Positions 1 to 8,492 of a stretch of 64,000 bases of DNA are shown here, in pieces. The notes beneath the pieces are model-generated. The model had not been told where the DNA came from. It ran no database searches and saw only the letters and a program-made list of their open reading frames with translations. Made by a program: the position numbers and the translations under genes. The first letter of the stretch is position 1; the number at the start of each line of letters is the position of its first letter. Origin of the DNA: a virus. The stretch lies in the IMG/VR virus record IMGVR_UViG_3300034200_001185, positions 69,534 to 133,533 of that record; one strand, given 5' to 3'.

Positions 1-1
1 T

Positions 2-223
2 ATCGTTATGTATATTTGCGCACACGTTGTAGATATTAACGGTGATTCATTACCTTTGCTTACAGATGCCAACGGAAACATTCTCGATTCAAACTTTGAA
101 CAACGCTTTAAAAAGATATCCGCATTACCTCAAGTATTAATTGAGCGTATCTGGGTTAATCTTCGTTGGTTTGAAGATAGAGTACGTAAAGCATTATCGC
201 CTGATTTTTTAGGGAATGGCTGA
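2..223 (+). CDS. C-terminal part of a probable tail assembly chaperone (frame open to the left window edge)
   Basis: Helical ORF ending ...SPDFLGNG*, with in-frame slippery heptamer T TTT TTA (205-211) four codons before the stop; upstream of a tail module. Confidence 0.45.
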   Translation: MVMYICAHVVDINGDSLPLLTDANGNILDSNFEQRFKKISALPQVLIERIWVNLRWFEDRVRKALSPDFLGNG

Positions 224-564
224 CAACGCCTGTAGGTTGGGTGCGTGCTAATTTTATCTACGATACATTAGAACATCCACCTACGCCAGGATCTCCGTTA
301 GAAGCTGTATGTATGTATGTATTTAATTGCCGTCAGCGAGAAAAGTATATACACGCCGTTCTAATGGTCCAACCAAACGTGTCAGCCGATAACCATGAAA
401 AACTTAAATCGCTTTTAAGTTCGTATGAAAGCGAATTATTTCCATACACGGAGAAAGAACAATGGAAAGAAAAAGAGAAGATATCGGCGATCATGGATCG
501 GGAGATGCAAAAGGGTCCGATGAAAGTCGAATCTCAAGCTCAACCAAAGAGATCGAAACGTTAG
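205..564 (+). CDS. -1 frame extension of the chaperone (GT-like product); ORF track lists 241..564
   Basis: Frame is open from 205 (after TGA 202-204) and has only a GTG start at 241; reached from the upstream ORF by a -1 slip. Confidence 0.5.
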   Translation, partial: FFREWLTTPVGWVRANFIYDTLEHPPTPGSPLEAVCMYVFNCRQREKYIHAVLMVQPNVSADNHEKLKSLLSSYESELFPYTEKEQWKEKEKISAIMDREMQKGPMKVESQAQPKRSKR

Positions 565-773
565 AAAACTTAGCAAAGTACCTAGCAGAGTTCGTAAAAG
601 AATCTACAAAAGACAAAGTAGAAACACGTAAATTAATGCAATCAATCGAAAGCTCTCTTTCAAAGATCGCATCTAGCGTATCGGCAATTCAAAAACAAAC
701 CGAGAAAAAGAAATCTCACGAATTGCCCGGTACAATGTTACCTCCACCACTGCCACATCCAAGGCTAAAATAA
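462..773 (+). CDS. hypothetical protein
   Basis: GGAG about 9 nt upstream of ATG; TAATG coupling to the next gene; overlaps the previous ORF by 103 nt. Confidence 0.55.
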   Translation: MERKREDIGDHGSGDAKGSDESRISSSTKEIETLENLAKYLAEFVKESTKDKVETRKLMQSIESSLSKIASSVSAIQKQTEKKKSHELPGTMLPPPLPHPRLK

Positions 774-1153
774 TGCTCAAGCTTTCATGTCAACTATTAT
801 CACTCGCGACAAAACATAACTTCGTAAAGAATGAAGTAGAGTACGTAGTCGAGTTAAACATACTTGGACAAAAGATTACCGCTCAAGTATCGGAAGAATT
901 TGTGCAATCGCTAGACAAGGCTGCGGAGTCTCAACCAAAGACAACTGAGATTGCGCCAAGACAACAAACCAGACAACCGCAACCACAACAAGTTCAGTCA
1001 GACGACCGTAAAAAGAAAGCGCTAAGTAAATTTAGACAACGCTTAGAAGGTCGTAGACAAGAGCCTGTACAAGAAGAAATCGATTATTCCGTAGGCCACG
1101 TTGATGACTACGGTTATGACGGTTATTCAGACGAGGATATAGGTCAATTATGA
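773..1153 (+). CDS. hypothetical protein
   Basis: 126 aa; TAATG/ATGA coupling to both neighbours. Confidence 0.75.
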   Translation: MLKLSCQLLSLATKHNFVKNEVEYVVELNILGQKITAQVSEEFVQSLDKAAESQPKTTEIAPRQQTRQPQPQQVQSDDRKKKALSKFRQRLEGRRQEPVQEEIDYSVGHVDDYGYDGYSDEDIGQL

Positions 1154-1461
1154 AAGGCGAGGATTTAATTCGAATTGAGCATAAACTAGATGCGTTGCTT
1201 TGGTATATGCAAGAGCTAACCGGTATTCCGCCTAAGGATATTCCAAGGCAAATACCAGGTGCAGGCGGTATGACAAATGGCGTATGCCCAATCACTCGTA
1301 CACCAATCTACTACCATGTGGATGTTAATTCCGGAAGCGTTGTTCGTAAAGACGGACTCACATCCGGAGTAGTCTCGTCATCTCCTATATCTATGCCGGA
1401 AGTCAAAGGTTATAGTGTCACCATACTTAATGGCGGATTAGGAGATCACGATGGCAATTAA
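1150..1461 (+). CDS. hypothetical protein
   Basis: 103 aa; ATGA overlap with the upstream gene. Confidence 0.7.
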   Translation: MKGEDLIRIEHKLDALLWYMQELTGIPPKDIPRQIPGAGGMTNGVCPITRTPIYYHVDVNSGSVVRKDGLTSGVVSSSPISMPEVKGYSVTILNGGLGDHDGN

Positions 1462-1810
1462 ACTAATGAACTCGTGGATACAAGTACGTAAGGAAGAACT
1501 CTCGAAACCTAAATCCTCGTTAATCCTAATGGAAACCAAAGCGGACAAAGTAGGTATCGCCGTAGGACGTGTTGTTTTACTACCAAGTAAACTTACGTTT
1601 GAAAAGATTAAAAAGACAGACGACGGATTCGAGCCGGTATCTACGCTACGTACAGTAGATCCAAGCGCTATGGGACTAGCAAATAATTGCAGGATTGTAT
1701 TTCGTAATTACTTATCAGGTATGCACGAAATGGAAGACGGCACCTTTCTAATCCATTGGCAAGACGTACTAGCGATTGTACCAGAAGGTGCAGAGATTTC
1801 GAACCTATGA
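1451..1810 (+). CDS. groES: GroES-like co-chaperonin (T4 gp31-like)
   Basis: MAIKLMNSWIQVRK...SLILM...GRVV...RIVF...FLIHWQDVLAIV matches the GroES pattern (IRPLHDRVIV...GIVL...GEVLAVG...VIF...LIMSESDILAIV), with a longer roof loop; GGAG RBS. Confidence 0.8.
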   Translation: MAIKLMNSWIQVRKEELSKPKSSLILMETKADKVGIAVGRVVLLPSKLTFEKIKKTDDGFEPVSTLRTVDPSAMGLANNCRIVFRNYLSGMHEMEDGTFLIHWQDVLAIVPEGAEISNL

Positions 1811-1962
1811 AACGACTAATCTTACAACTTAAACCAGAAGATCACGAATGGCTTAAATCACATGCGACATCTAAAAACGTATCGATGTCGCAAGTTGTAA
1901 GAGATTTAATAGCGACAGCGAGAGAAAAAGATGAGCGAAAAAAATCCCCTAGACAGTATTAA
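1807..1962 (+). CDS. ribbon-helix-helix (CopG/Arc-like) DNA-binding protein
   Basis: From ATG 1807 (ATGA overlap): MKRLILQLKPEDHEWLKSHATSKNVSMSQVVRDLI, a classic beta-strand plus two helices RHH pattern. Confidence 0.75.
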   Translation: MKRLILQLKPEDHEWLKSHATSKNVSMSQVVRDLIATAREKDERKKSPRQY

Positions 1963-2392
1963 ACCGAAGATGATCGCACTCCCATCAACGGATGCGCAAC
2001 TCGGACAATTAATAGGCGAACTTGCAAGCGAGAATCCAAGAGCAATCATCATCGATTTCTTTCAAGCTACAATCGTAGTGCATCCTTCTGGAGTAGGCGG
2101 AAAACCACAACTCACCGAAGATTCTATTCCGTATTTACTTGCTAACTTTCATATCGAAATGTTAGACAGACAGCCCGTAAATGTAAAAACAGCATCGGAC
2201 ATTTTAAAAAAAGAATACAATTCGTGTGTAATTGTGTTTCATATACAACATCAAAAACTTGAATACGAGTTACAACTAGGAGAACGAGCATTATGGACAA
2301 AGTTAATAGCACCAAGCATAGCGTTGATCATCAAGCAAAAGACCGACCAATCCGATTGGAAGATCTACGGATTACAGATCGAGCAGAACTAA
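1931..2392 (+). CDS. hypothetical protein
   Basis: 153 aa ORF in operon. Confidence 0.75.
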   Translation: MSEKNPLDSIKPKMIALPSTDAQLGQLIGELASENPRAIIIDFFQATIVVHPSGVGGKPQLTEDSIPYLLANFHIEMLDRQPVNVKTASDILKKEYNSCVIVFHIQHQKLEYELQLGERALWTKLIAPSIALIIKQKTDQSDWKIYGLQIEQN

Positions 2393-2544
2393 CAAAGGTT
2401 CCACAAACTAGAGTACGCTTATGTGTAGACGAAGAATACACTGCGTGCGGATATGAGCATTCTGACATGTCATTCGAAATTAAGGTTTCGAATAAAGTAC
2501 TAGAAAATCTAGTAGAAAAGATAGGAAAACAATGGCTGAAGTAA
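2293..2544 (+). CDS. hypothetical protein (start uncertain)
   Basis: Fills the gap between 2392 and 2532; ATG 2293 overlaps the upstream gene by 100 nt. Confidence 0.4.
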   Translation: MDKVNSTKHSVDHQAKDRPIRLEDLRITDRAELTKVPQTRVRLCVDEEYTACGYEHSDMSFEIKVSNKVLENLVEKIGKQWLK

Positions 2545-2969
2545 ATCACCTCGATCAGTTTAAATCGTTACTTGCGACATTAGGATTAGAAGTATACGCA
2601 AGTCCTGTCGTAAAGGATGATACAATTTGTTGTTTATGTAGATTAAAACCGCTTACTTCTCAAGATACTAACTTGAAAGCAGCGGAAGGGCGCTTATTGT
2701 TCTTTATTGAAAAAGCGCTAAAAAGCGAATCAGAAAACTTAGATACATGGCGTCTTCGCTTAAGTCGTCCTTGGATTCTAAAAGAAGATAAGCTTTTCTT
2801 TACTTGGGATTTTACGTTCCAAGGTAATCTACGTTTATGTTACGAAAAGCTAAAAGCGATTCCTGTTCCACCAGCACCTGGCGCAAGAGAAGGCGATGTA
2901 GCGATTCAGACAATCAAGCCAGCACGCGGATCTATTAAACAAGTTAAAGTAGGAAATCTAAGAGCATGA
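2532..2969 (+). CDS. hypothetical protein
   Basis: 145 aa; AGGA RBS; ATGA coupling downstream. Confidence 0.75.
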   Translation: MAEVNHLDQFKSLLATLGLEVYASPVVKDDTICCLCRLKPLTSQDTNLKAAEGRLLFFIEKALKSESENLDTWRLRLSRPWILKEDKLFFTWDFTFQGNLRLCYEKLKAIPVPPAPGAREGDVAIQTIKPARGSIKQVKVGNLRA

Positions 2970-3553
2970 CAAAGATTGCAACAGGAGATACTCCGGCTAG
3001 ATACAAGATCGAAGTACACTTTGGACCACGTAGAACTACAAACGGTCCAAACGTAGCAGCGATTAGTGTATTTGAATCCGGTTTACACCTAGACGGCGAA
3101 GGCGATGAGCTTATGTATATTTGTGCAGAACGAGATAAAGGTTTAGCACTTAATGCACCTAATGTCGCTGACACAGATATCGTTTGGGGTAAGGAAGGTT
3201 GCGGTAAGTTTATTCCCGGTAAGAATTTACGTGCAGGCGTTGCTGTATGCGTATGCGAAAAGCGTAAAATGATGAAGAGCGAAGAGCTCACATCTACATT
3301 ACTCGTAAACCTATCAACCGAAAAGATTTCAAACTTAGTAGCGTCTTGGTTTAGAAAGCTTGATAACGATGCGGATATTTACGTTAAGTACCATCCAACG
3401 GATATTCGTTATCAAGCAATGGCAGATGCTCAAGGACTAGACAAGGCGAGAAGCTTACGTGGTTTGACAATCTATCCGCTAAAGAATATAGTAAAGGACG
3501 TTTCAAATGGCGCAACGCTTGAAAAAAGATTCTTCGCCCTCTTCACCTGTTGA
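2966..3553 (+). CDS. hypothetical protein (several Cys)
   Basis: 195 aa; ATGA overlap. Confidence 0.75.
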   Translation: MTKIATGDTPARYKIEVHFGPRRTTNGPNVAAISVFESGLHLDGEGDELMYICAERDKGLALNAPNVADTDIVWGKEGCGKFIPGKNLRAGVAVCVCEKRKMMKSEELTSTLLVNLSTEKISNLVASWFRKLDNDADIYVKYHPTDIRYQAMADAQGLDKARSLRGLTIYPLKNIVKDVSNGATLEKRFFALFTC

Positions 3554-3812
3554 GGCAAAAGAAACCTTACGCGATCTAATCGAACGACATAACGAGCTTA
3601 CACTACGCATTGAATTTATTAATGCAGTACTAGATATGTCGAGAGAGAGCTTTGCACACCACGACGGACTCGAACCTAAAAACATCGTGATCACTCCAGA
3701 TGGTAGGCGCGTACAAGAACACATGATTGAATCTATTTTGCTTGAAATGCAAACAAAGATACTCGATCCACTACAAAACGAATTAAAACGTTTAAACTCA
3801 AAGAAGGTGTAG
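3507..3812 (+). CDS. hypothetical coiled-coil protein
   Basis: 101 aa; AAAGGA RBS; heptad-like helices. Confidence 0.7.
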   Translation: MAQRLKKDSSPSSPVEAKETLRDLIERHNELTLRIEFINAVLDMSRESFAHHDGLEPKNIVITPDGRRVQEHMIESILLEMQTKILDPLQNELKRLNSKKV

Positions 3813-3813
3813 T

Positions 3814-4239
3814 ATGACAAGTACAAAGACACAAGAGCGTACTAATAAGTACCCAATGACTAAAGGCGATTTACTAGAAATCGTAAACTCTCAAGCATTA
3901 ACCATTCGCGCAATTATGGAACTACTTAACATAACTGAAGAGCAAGTTCGCGAAAAGGGTTTGGAAATCATTAAGAAGCTAAAAATGAGTGCAGGCCCAT
4001 ACGATGATGACGATGATGGTTTTTACGACGATGATGAAGATGATGACGATTTTGATGCCGAAGATTATGACGAGGATGATTTCGATCACGACGATGAAGA
4101 CGAAGATTTTGATGATAGTGACGAAGACTTACTTGAAGATGATGAGTACTCGTTTAAGCAACAAGAAGCGCTAAAGGCTAAAATCGGAGTATCCGGTATC
4201 TCTCATCACCCAGCAGGCGCTGTCTTTTTTGGGGGTTAA
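3814..4239 (+). CDS. highly acidic protein with an Asp-rich tract
   Basis: About 50-residue D/E-rich stretch (DDDDDGFYDDDEDDDDFDAEDYDEDDF...). Confidence 0.75.
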   Translation: MTSTKTQERTNKYPMTKGDLLEIVNSQALTIRAIMELLNITEEQVREKGLEIIKKLKMSAGPYDDDDDGFYDDDEDDDDFDAEDYDEDDFDHDDEDEDFDDSDEDLLEDDEYSFKQQEALKAKIGVSGISHHPAGAVFFGG

Positions 4240-4241
4240 TC

Positions 4242-4445
4242 ATGAGTAAACTTTCGAAAAATGAGCTAGAAAAAACGGATCAAATTATCAAGGACTTTGA
4301 GCAAGCGCTGGTAACCTCAGCTAATATTCCGTTAGCCTTTAGATCGGCATTAACTAGCGCAGAAGTAGCGCTTCTTAAAACCTTTCTGATGTGGCATAAA
4401 GACTCAGAACGAGCTGTCCGGGACGGCGTCTTGGGCGATAACTAA
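4242..4445 (+). CDS. hypothetical protein
   Basis: 67 aa, directly after the previous stop. Confidence 0.65.
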   Translation: MSKLSKNELEKTDQIIKDFEQALVTSANIPLAFRSALTSAEVALLKTFLMWHKDSERAVRDGVLGDN

Positions 4446-4868
4446 AGCAGCTACATCTAGCGCATACGATTTTGCCATATGTGGGAGGCAATCCAAAGCA
4501 CACCTAAGCGTATTCGCTTGTTCTGGTGCAATACCCTCCATATGCTTCGCAAGCCCGTACATATCATCTCCGCAACACGCCCAACGTAGTAGGCACCACA
4601 ATACCAGATATTTACCATCACCGCCGGTTGAGTCGTATACCCTACATGACTCGAATGGATACCTACAATACTCGAATAATTCATTAACCGAATCGTATTC
4701 GTAATCGGTATGAATCTTTATAGGCTTGCCTAGTATATCTACCGTCCAAGTCACGGCCTTACTTTTTTCTTGTGCGCCTATTGCGTATTCGCATGCGCTA
4801 TCTACCACTGATACCACTGTTCTTGCGGTTAATGCTGGAAGTCCTACTAAAAATGCTAAGTCGAACAT
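4404..4868 (-). CDS. hypothetical protein, isolated minus-strand gene
   Basis: 154 aa; GAAAGGA RBS; preceded by the GTGATAA promoter motif. Confidence 0.75.
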   Translation of the reverse strand: MFDLAFLVGLPALTARTVVSVVDSACEYAIGAQEKSKAVTWTVDILGKPIKIHTDYEYDSVNELFEYCRYPFESCRVYDSTGGDGKYLVLWCLLRWACCGDDMYGLAKHMEGIAPEQANTLRCALDCLPHMAKSYALDVAALVIAQDAVPDSSF

Positions 4869-4899
4869 ATCTTTTCCTTTCGTTTATGTTAATATGTTG

Positions 4900-4933
4900 C
4901 ATATAGTTATCACACTTTTTAGCGAAGAATTGA
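4900..4933 (-). promoter_or_regulatory. phage promoter motif site 1 (TCAA-N16-GTGATAA-CTA-TATG)
   Basis: Near-consensus copy (TATG rather than YATA) of the recurring motif, about 32 nt upstream of ATG 4868. Confidence 0.55.
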
Positions 4934-4940
4934 GGGAAGT

Positions 4941-7900
4941 ATGATGCAAGCGCAAGGTAATTTTAATTACGGTTGGGGCAATAATCCGAATAATCCTACA
5001 ATGTCTGCGGACTTTTTAGGTGCAAATCCATACGGACCTAGCTTAGGGTATTCCGCTGGTTTAAGCGGACTTGGTGCAGCACACAATATATTTAACACGG
5101 TTAATACTGCCGGTATGTTTGCCGGTATGGCTTCAGGATTCGGCATAGGTGGATCGGGTTTAGCTAATTTCGGTAGAATAGCAGGCGGGCTTGGTTTCGG
5201 TGGCATGGTTATGCCGATGCTAGCGCCTATGGCAGTAGGTCACGCATTTGGCGCTGCTGTTCACGGCGCCCAGCAACAAAATGCCATACATAATATTATG
5301 AATCAATCGTTTGGCAACCGAAATATGGGTGGGTATGGCGGTTCTGGTTTTAGCGGACAGTCGGCTCAAATGATGACGGAAACAATTCGTAGTATGGCAG
5401 CGATACCTGACATGCTTACAAATCAAAACGAGCTTACTAACATATTTCGTAATCTTAATAGTATGAAGCTTCTACAAGCGTCTAAGAACGCTAAAGAGAT
5501 GGGCGATAAATTTAGTACGATTGTTAAAACAATGAAAGATATGGCAAGAGAACTTAATACAACGCTTGAAAACGTAATGCCTTATATCGAACAGTTTAAT
5601 AACCAAGGGTACTTTCATATGAAAGACATTCGTAGAGGATCTTCTATGACTCGTGCTACAAGCGCTGTCGGTATTGGTATGAATGAACAAAATTTAATCG
5701 GATTACAACAAAGCGGTGCAGATTTAGTTCGTGGGTATGGCGGTAGAAGTATGGTAGGATCCGAGCTTATGCGAGATATGGCTGGTCAAGTAAGCATAGG
5801 CGTTCAGAAGGGGTTAATATCAGAAGAACGTTTATTTAACGTAACAGGTAAACGCGGAGAAGAGGCAGTAGGCGAGATGTCTAAAAAGATGATGGCAGCA
5901 AACGCTCGTATTATGCAATCGGATGCAGGTAAAATATTATCCGCAGCGTTGGGAAAGAAGAATGAAAACGGAGAGTTTACAGGCGAGATTGATAAGGACC
6001 TACTCGAAAAGTTTAATAGTGGCGCACTATCATCGGAAGACATAAAATCTCTATACTCGTCTAAACTCGACAGTAGCCAAGCAGCAGTATCGTTACAAAA
6101 TAATATGTCTAGAGGTATGGGCGCAGAGTTTGGTGCGAAGATGGGCGTAGGTGGTTTAGCAAAAGCAGCGAAAGCATTACTTAAAGATTCAAACTTAAGC
6201 GATGAAGAAATTAAACTCTGGTTAAAGAATACGATACAAGAAGATCAAATCGTAGTAGATGCGATATTTGAAATGTCGGATAAATCGAAAGGGCTTGAAC
6301 GAGAATTCGAGAGGCAAGTAGGCGAGGTACAAAAGAAGAATCGAATGATGTCTGCGCTTAGAGAACGTAGTCTCGGAGCCAAGTATCAGAAGTTTAAAAC
6401 TAGCGTAGGTCATATTATATCATCTCCATTTGAAAGTATGGGCGGTGACTACATGACACAATTTTCGGAAGCTGGAGAATTAGCTAGCCACGACTTTGCA
6501 AACGGTAGATACCTTAAAGCTACGGGGCGTATGATAGGCGGTTTCTTTGGTATTCAGCCAACTCACGTACGTGGTAAGCTAGAAGGTATTAGCGATGAAG
6601 TTGTAGCAAGCGCAATGATGGGCGATACGGGAAGAACAACTACAAATAACTTTTCAGAAGCAACGGATGAAGGTGTTAATAAGTTTTTAAACACATCACG
6701 CTTTGCGCAAAACTTAGATATAATTGGTGGTATAAAAGATACATTCGATGAAACGGAAATGAGAGATTATAACGCACGTAAATTTTTCGGAACTGATAGA
6801 AAAAACATAACAGCGGATTATTTAGCAAAGAGAGAAGGTCAGAAGAGTACGACAAAATCTACTCGATTTATAAGAGATTATATTTCGAAGGCTTTGAGTA
6901 GTGGTAAGACGGTATCTGAAATCATTCGCGGACTGAAGGAGAATATGACTCACGGTGGAGGCGATATATACGGACAATTACAAGCGCTTGAATCAGAAGG
7001 TGGCGGGCTTGGTAAGTTAGCAGGAGAAGTTAGACAAGGAATTAACTCGCAAATCACCAGCGGTATGGGAAGCGCTACATCGGAGGAGAGAATAGTCGAA
7101 CTTACAAAACAAAGAAATAGTATGTTTGGTTCTAACTACGGCGTAGGTTTTGGCGGAGCGGAAGGCGAAGATATTATAGATCAAGGCGCTTTTGGTGGTG
7201 TAAACGATCTTGACAGTAATGTTCTACAAGAGATATTTAGATCCGGTAGTCAAGTGAGTATTCAAAAGCAGCAAGGATACGCACAACTTATGAATGCGCT
7301 TAGCAGCGACGATAAAATGGATATAGCGTCAGCTTTACGTAGTGGTGACGATAAAGAAATACAAAGAGTATTAGATTCGAAGGGCATAAAGCTTAGCGCT
7401 AGTGATCTTCAAGGCGCAACAAGAGATGAGTTTTTAAAGCTAGCTGGCGAGGTTTATAACTTAGACGCTGTGGGAAAGCACGGATATCAACAGTACATGA
7501 GCAAGCTTACGGGAAATCTTAGTGAACAGGCTTTACATGAAAAGGGTACGGCTAGAACGGATCTATTTAAATATACAATGGATAAAGATTTCGGTAGTAC
7601 AGAATACGGTAAGATGTTAAGTGAATACGCAAGTAAAGGCGATATATCTAAACTTGATGCGCTTACTGGATCGCTTACGGAAGATAAACTTAAAGGTATG
7701 GAAGAGTCATCCGGCAAAGACTTAATGGTTAAACTATTTGCAGAAAAGCAGCGTATAGCCGGTTTGTCGGATGATGAAGTTACGAACGAGGCTAAAGCGT
7801 ACTTGAGCGATGATCAGATTAAAGAATTAGGCATGTCTAAACTAAGAACTCGTATGACTAATAGAGTCGTACTTCAAGCCGGCAAAGCGTCTAGCGATAA

Positions 7901-8093
7901 AGATACGGATGAACTTATTATGGCTACGGCTGGTTATTCTGCTGAGGTTGCAGAAGCGATTGCGCAAGCAAACGAAACCACAGCTAGGTACATGTCTGAA
8001 ACATCAAACGCAATTACTAAGCAAGAGGCGTTTAATAAAACAACCGCAGAGGCGATAGTAAAGATAAGCAACTCGGTTAAAACCGTTCCATAG
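4941..8093 (+). CDS. tape measure-like protein
   Basis: 1050 aa, alpha-helical, with Gly-rich hydrophobic stretches; directly upstream of tube-initiator and hub genes. Confidence 0.6.
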   Translation: MMQAQGNFNYGWGNNPNNPTMSADFLGANPYGPSLGYSAGLSGLGAAHNIFNTVNTAGMFAGMASGFGIGGSGLANFGRIAGGLGFGGMVMPMLAPMAVGHAFGAAVHGAQQQNAIHNIMNQSFGNRNMGGYGGSGFSGQSAQMMTETIRSMAAIPDMLTNQNELTNIFRNLNSMKLLQASKNAKEMGDKFSTIVKTMKDMARELNTTLENVMPYIEQFNNQGYFHMKDIRRGSSMTRATSAVGIGMNEQNLIGLQQSGADLVRGYGGRSMVGSELMRDMAGQVSIGVQKGLISEERLFNVTGKRGEEAVGEMSKKMMAANARIMQSDAGKILSAALGKKNENGEFTGEIDKDLLEKFNSGALSSEDIKSLYSSKLDSSQAAVSLQNNMSRGMGAEFGAKMGVGGLAKAAKALLKDSNLSDEEIKLWLKNTIQEDQIVVDAIFEMSDKSKGLEREFERQVGEVQKKNRMMSALRERSLGAKYQKFKTSVGHIISSPFESMGGDYMTQFSEAGELASHDFANGRYLKATGRMIGGFFGIQPTHVRGKLEGISDEVVASAMMGDTGRTTTNNFSEATDEGVNKFLNTSRFAQNLDIIGGIKDTFDETEMRDYNARKFFGTDRKNITADYLAKREGQKSTTKSTRFIRDYISKALSSGKTVSEIIRGLKENMTHGGGDIYGQLQALESEGGGLGKLAGEVRQGINSQITSGMGSATSEERIVELTKQRNSMFGSNYGVGFGGAEGEDIIDQGAFGGVNDLDSNVLQEIFRSGSQVSIQKQQGYAQLMNALSSDDKMDIASALRSGDDKEIQRVLDSKGIKLSASDLQGATRDEFLKLAGEVYNLDAVGKHGYQQYMSKLTGNLSEQALHEKGTARTDLFKYTMDKDFGSTEYGKMLSEYASKGDISKLDALTGSLTEDKLKGMEESSGKDLMVKLFAEKQRIAGLSDDEVTNEAKAYLSDDQIKELGMSKLRTRMTNRVVLQAGKASSDKDTDELIMATAGYSAEVAEAIAQANETTARYMSETSNAITKQEAFNKTTAEAIVKISNSVKTVP

Positions 8094-8101
8094 GATTAGA
8101 T

Positions 8102-8281
8102 ATGAGCGATAAAAAAGAATCTGAAAAGACGAAGCAAGAAGTACAGTATAAACTAGACAGAATGGTTGCGTCTAAAGATGCGTTATTACTTAAAACGGAT
8201 ATACTAACTACAAAGACTCAAGAGTTTAATAACGGAAGCCTTTTAGTACTTACAAAATTACAAACATCGTTAGGAAGATGA
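8102..8281 (+). CDS. small hypothetical protein (59 aa, below ORF-track cutoff)
   Basis: MSDKKESEKTKQEVQYKLDRM...TSLGR*, translated by hand; AGGA upstream; fills the gap. Confidence 0.6.
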   Translation: MSDKKESEKTKQEVQYKLDRMVASKDALLLKTDILTTKTQEFNNGSLLVLTKLQTSLGR

Positions 8282-8282
8282 T

Positions 8283-8492
8283 ATGATCTCGTTACCAATA
8301 AATTACGGAGCTCAGCGTGTTCCACTGAGCAACAAATCGCAAGTAGATTTAATTATCGTAGATAAGATATCAAGCGATGTCATAATAGACGTATTAGCTA
8401 AATCTATTGCGTATAAAAAAGTATACGGCGAAGATATGCCGAATCAAATAACCGACAAAATGCGAATGCAGTGTACAAAGGTTACGATATGA
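8283..8492 (+). CDS. hypothetical protein
   Basis: 69 aa in operon. Confidence 0.6.
   Translation: MISLPINYGAQRVPLSNKSQVDLIIVDKISSDVIIDVLAKSIAYKKVYGEDMPNQITDKMRMQCTKVTI

Noticed and set aside
2206-2212. A AAA AAA slippery heptamer that might fuse 1931..2392 to 2293..2544
   Set aside because: The -1 frame hits a TGA about 50 nt later, before reaching the second ORF
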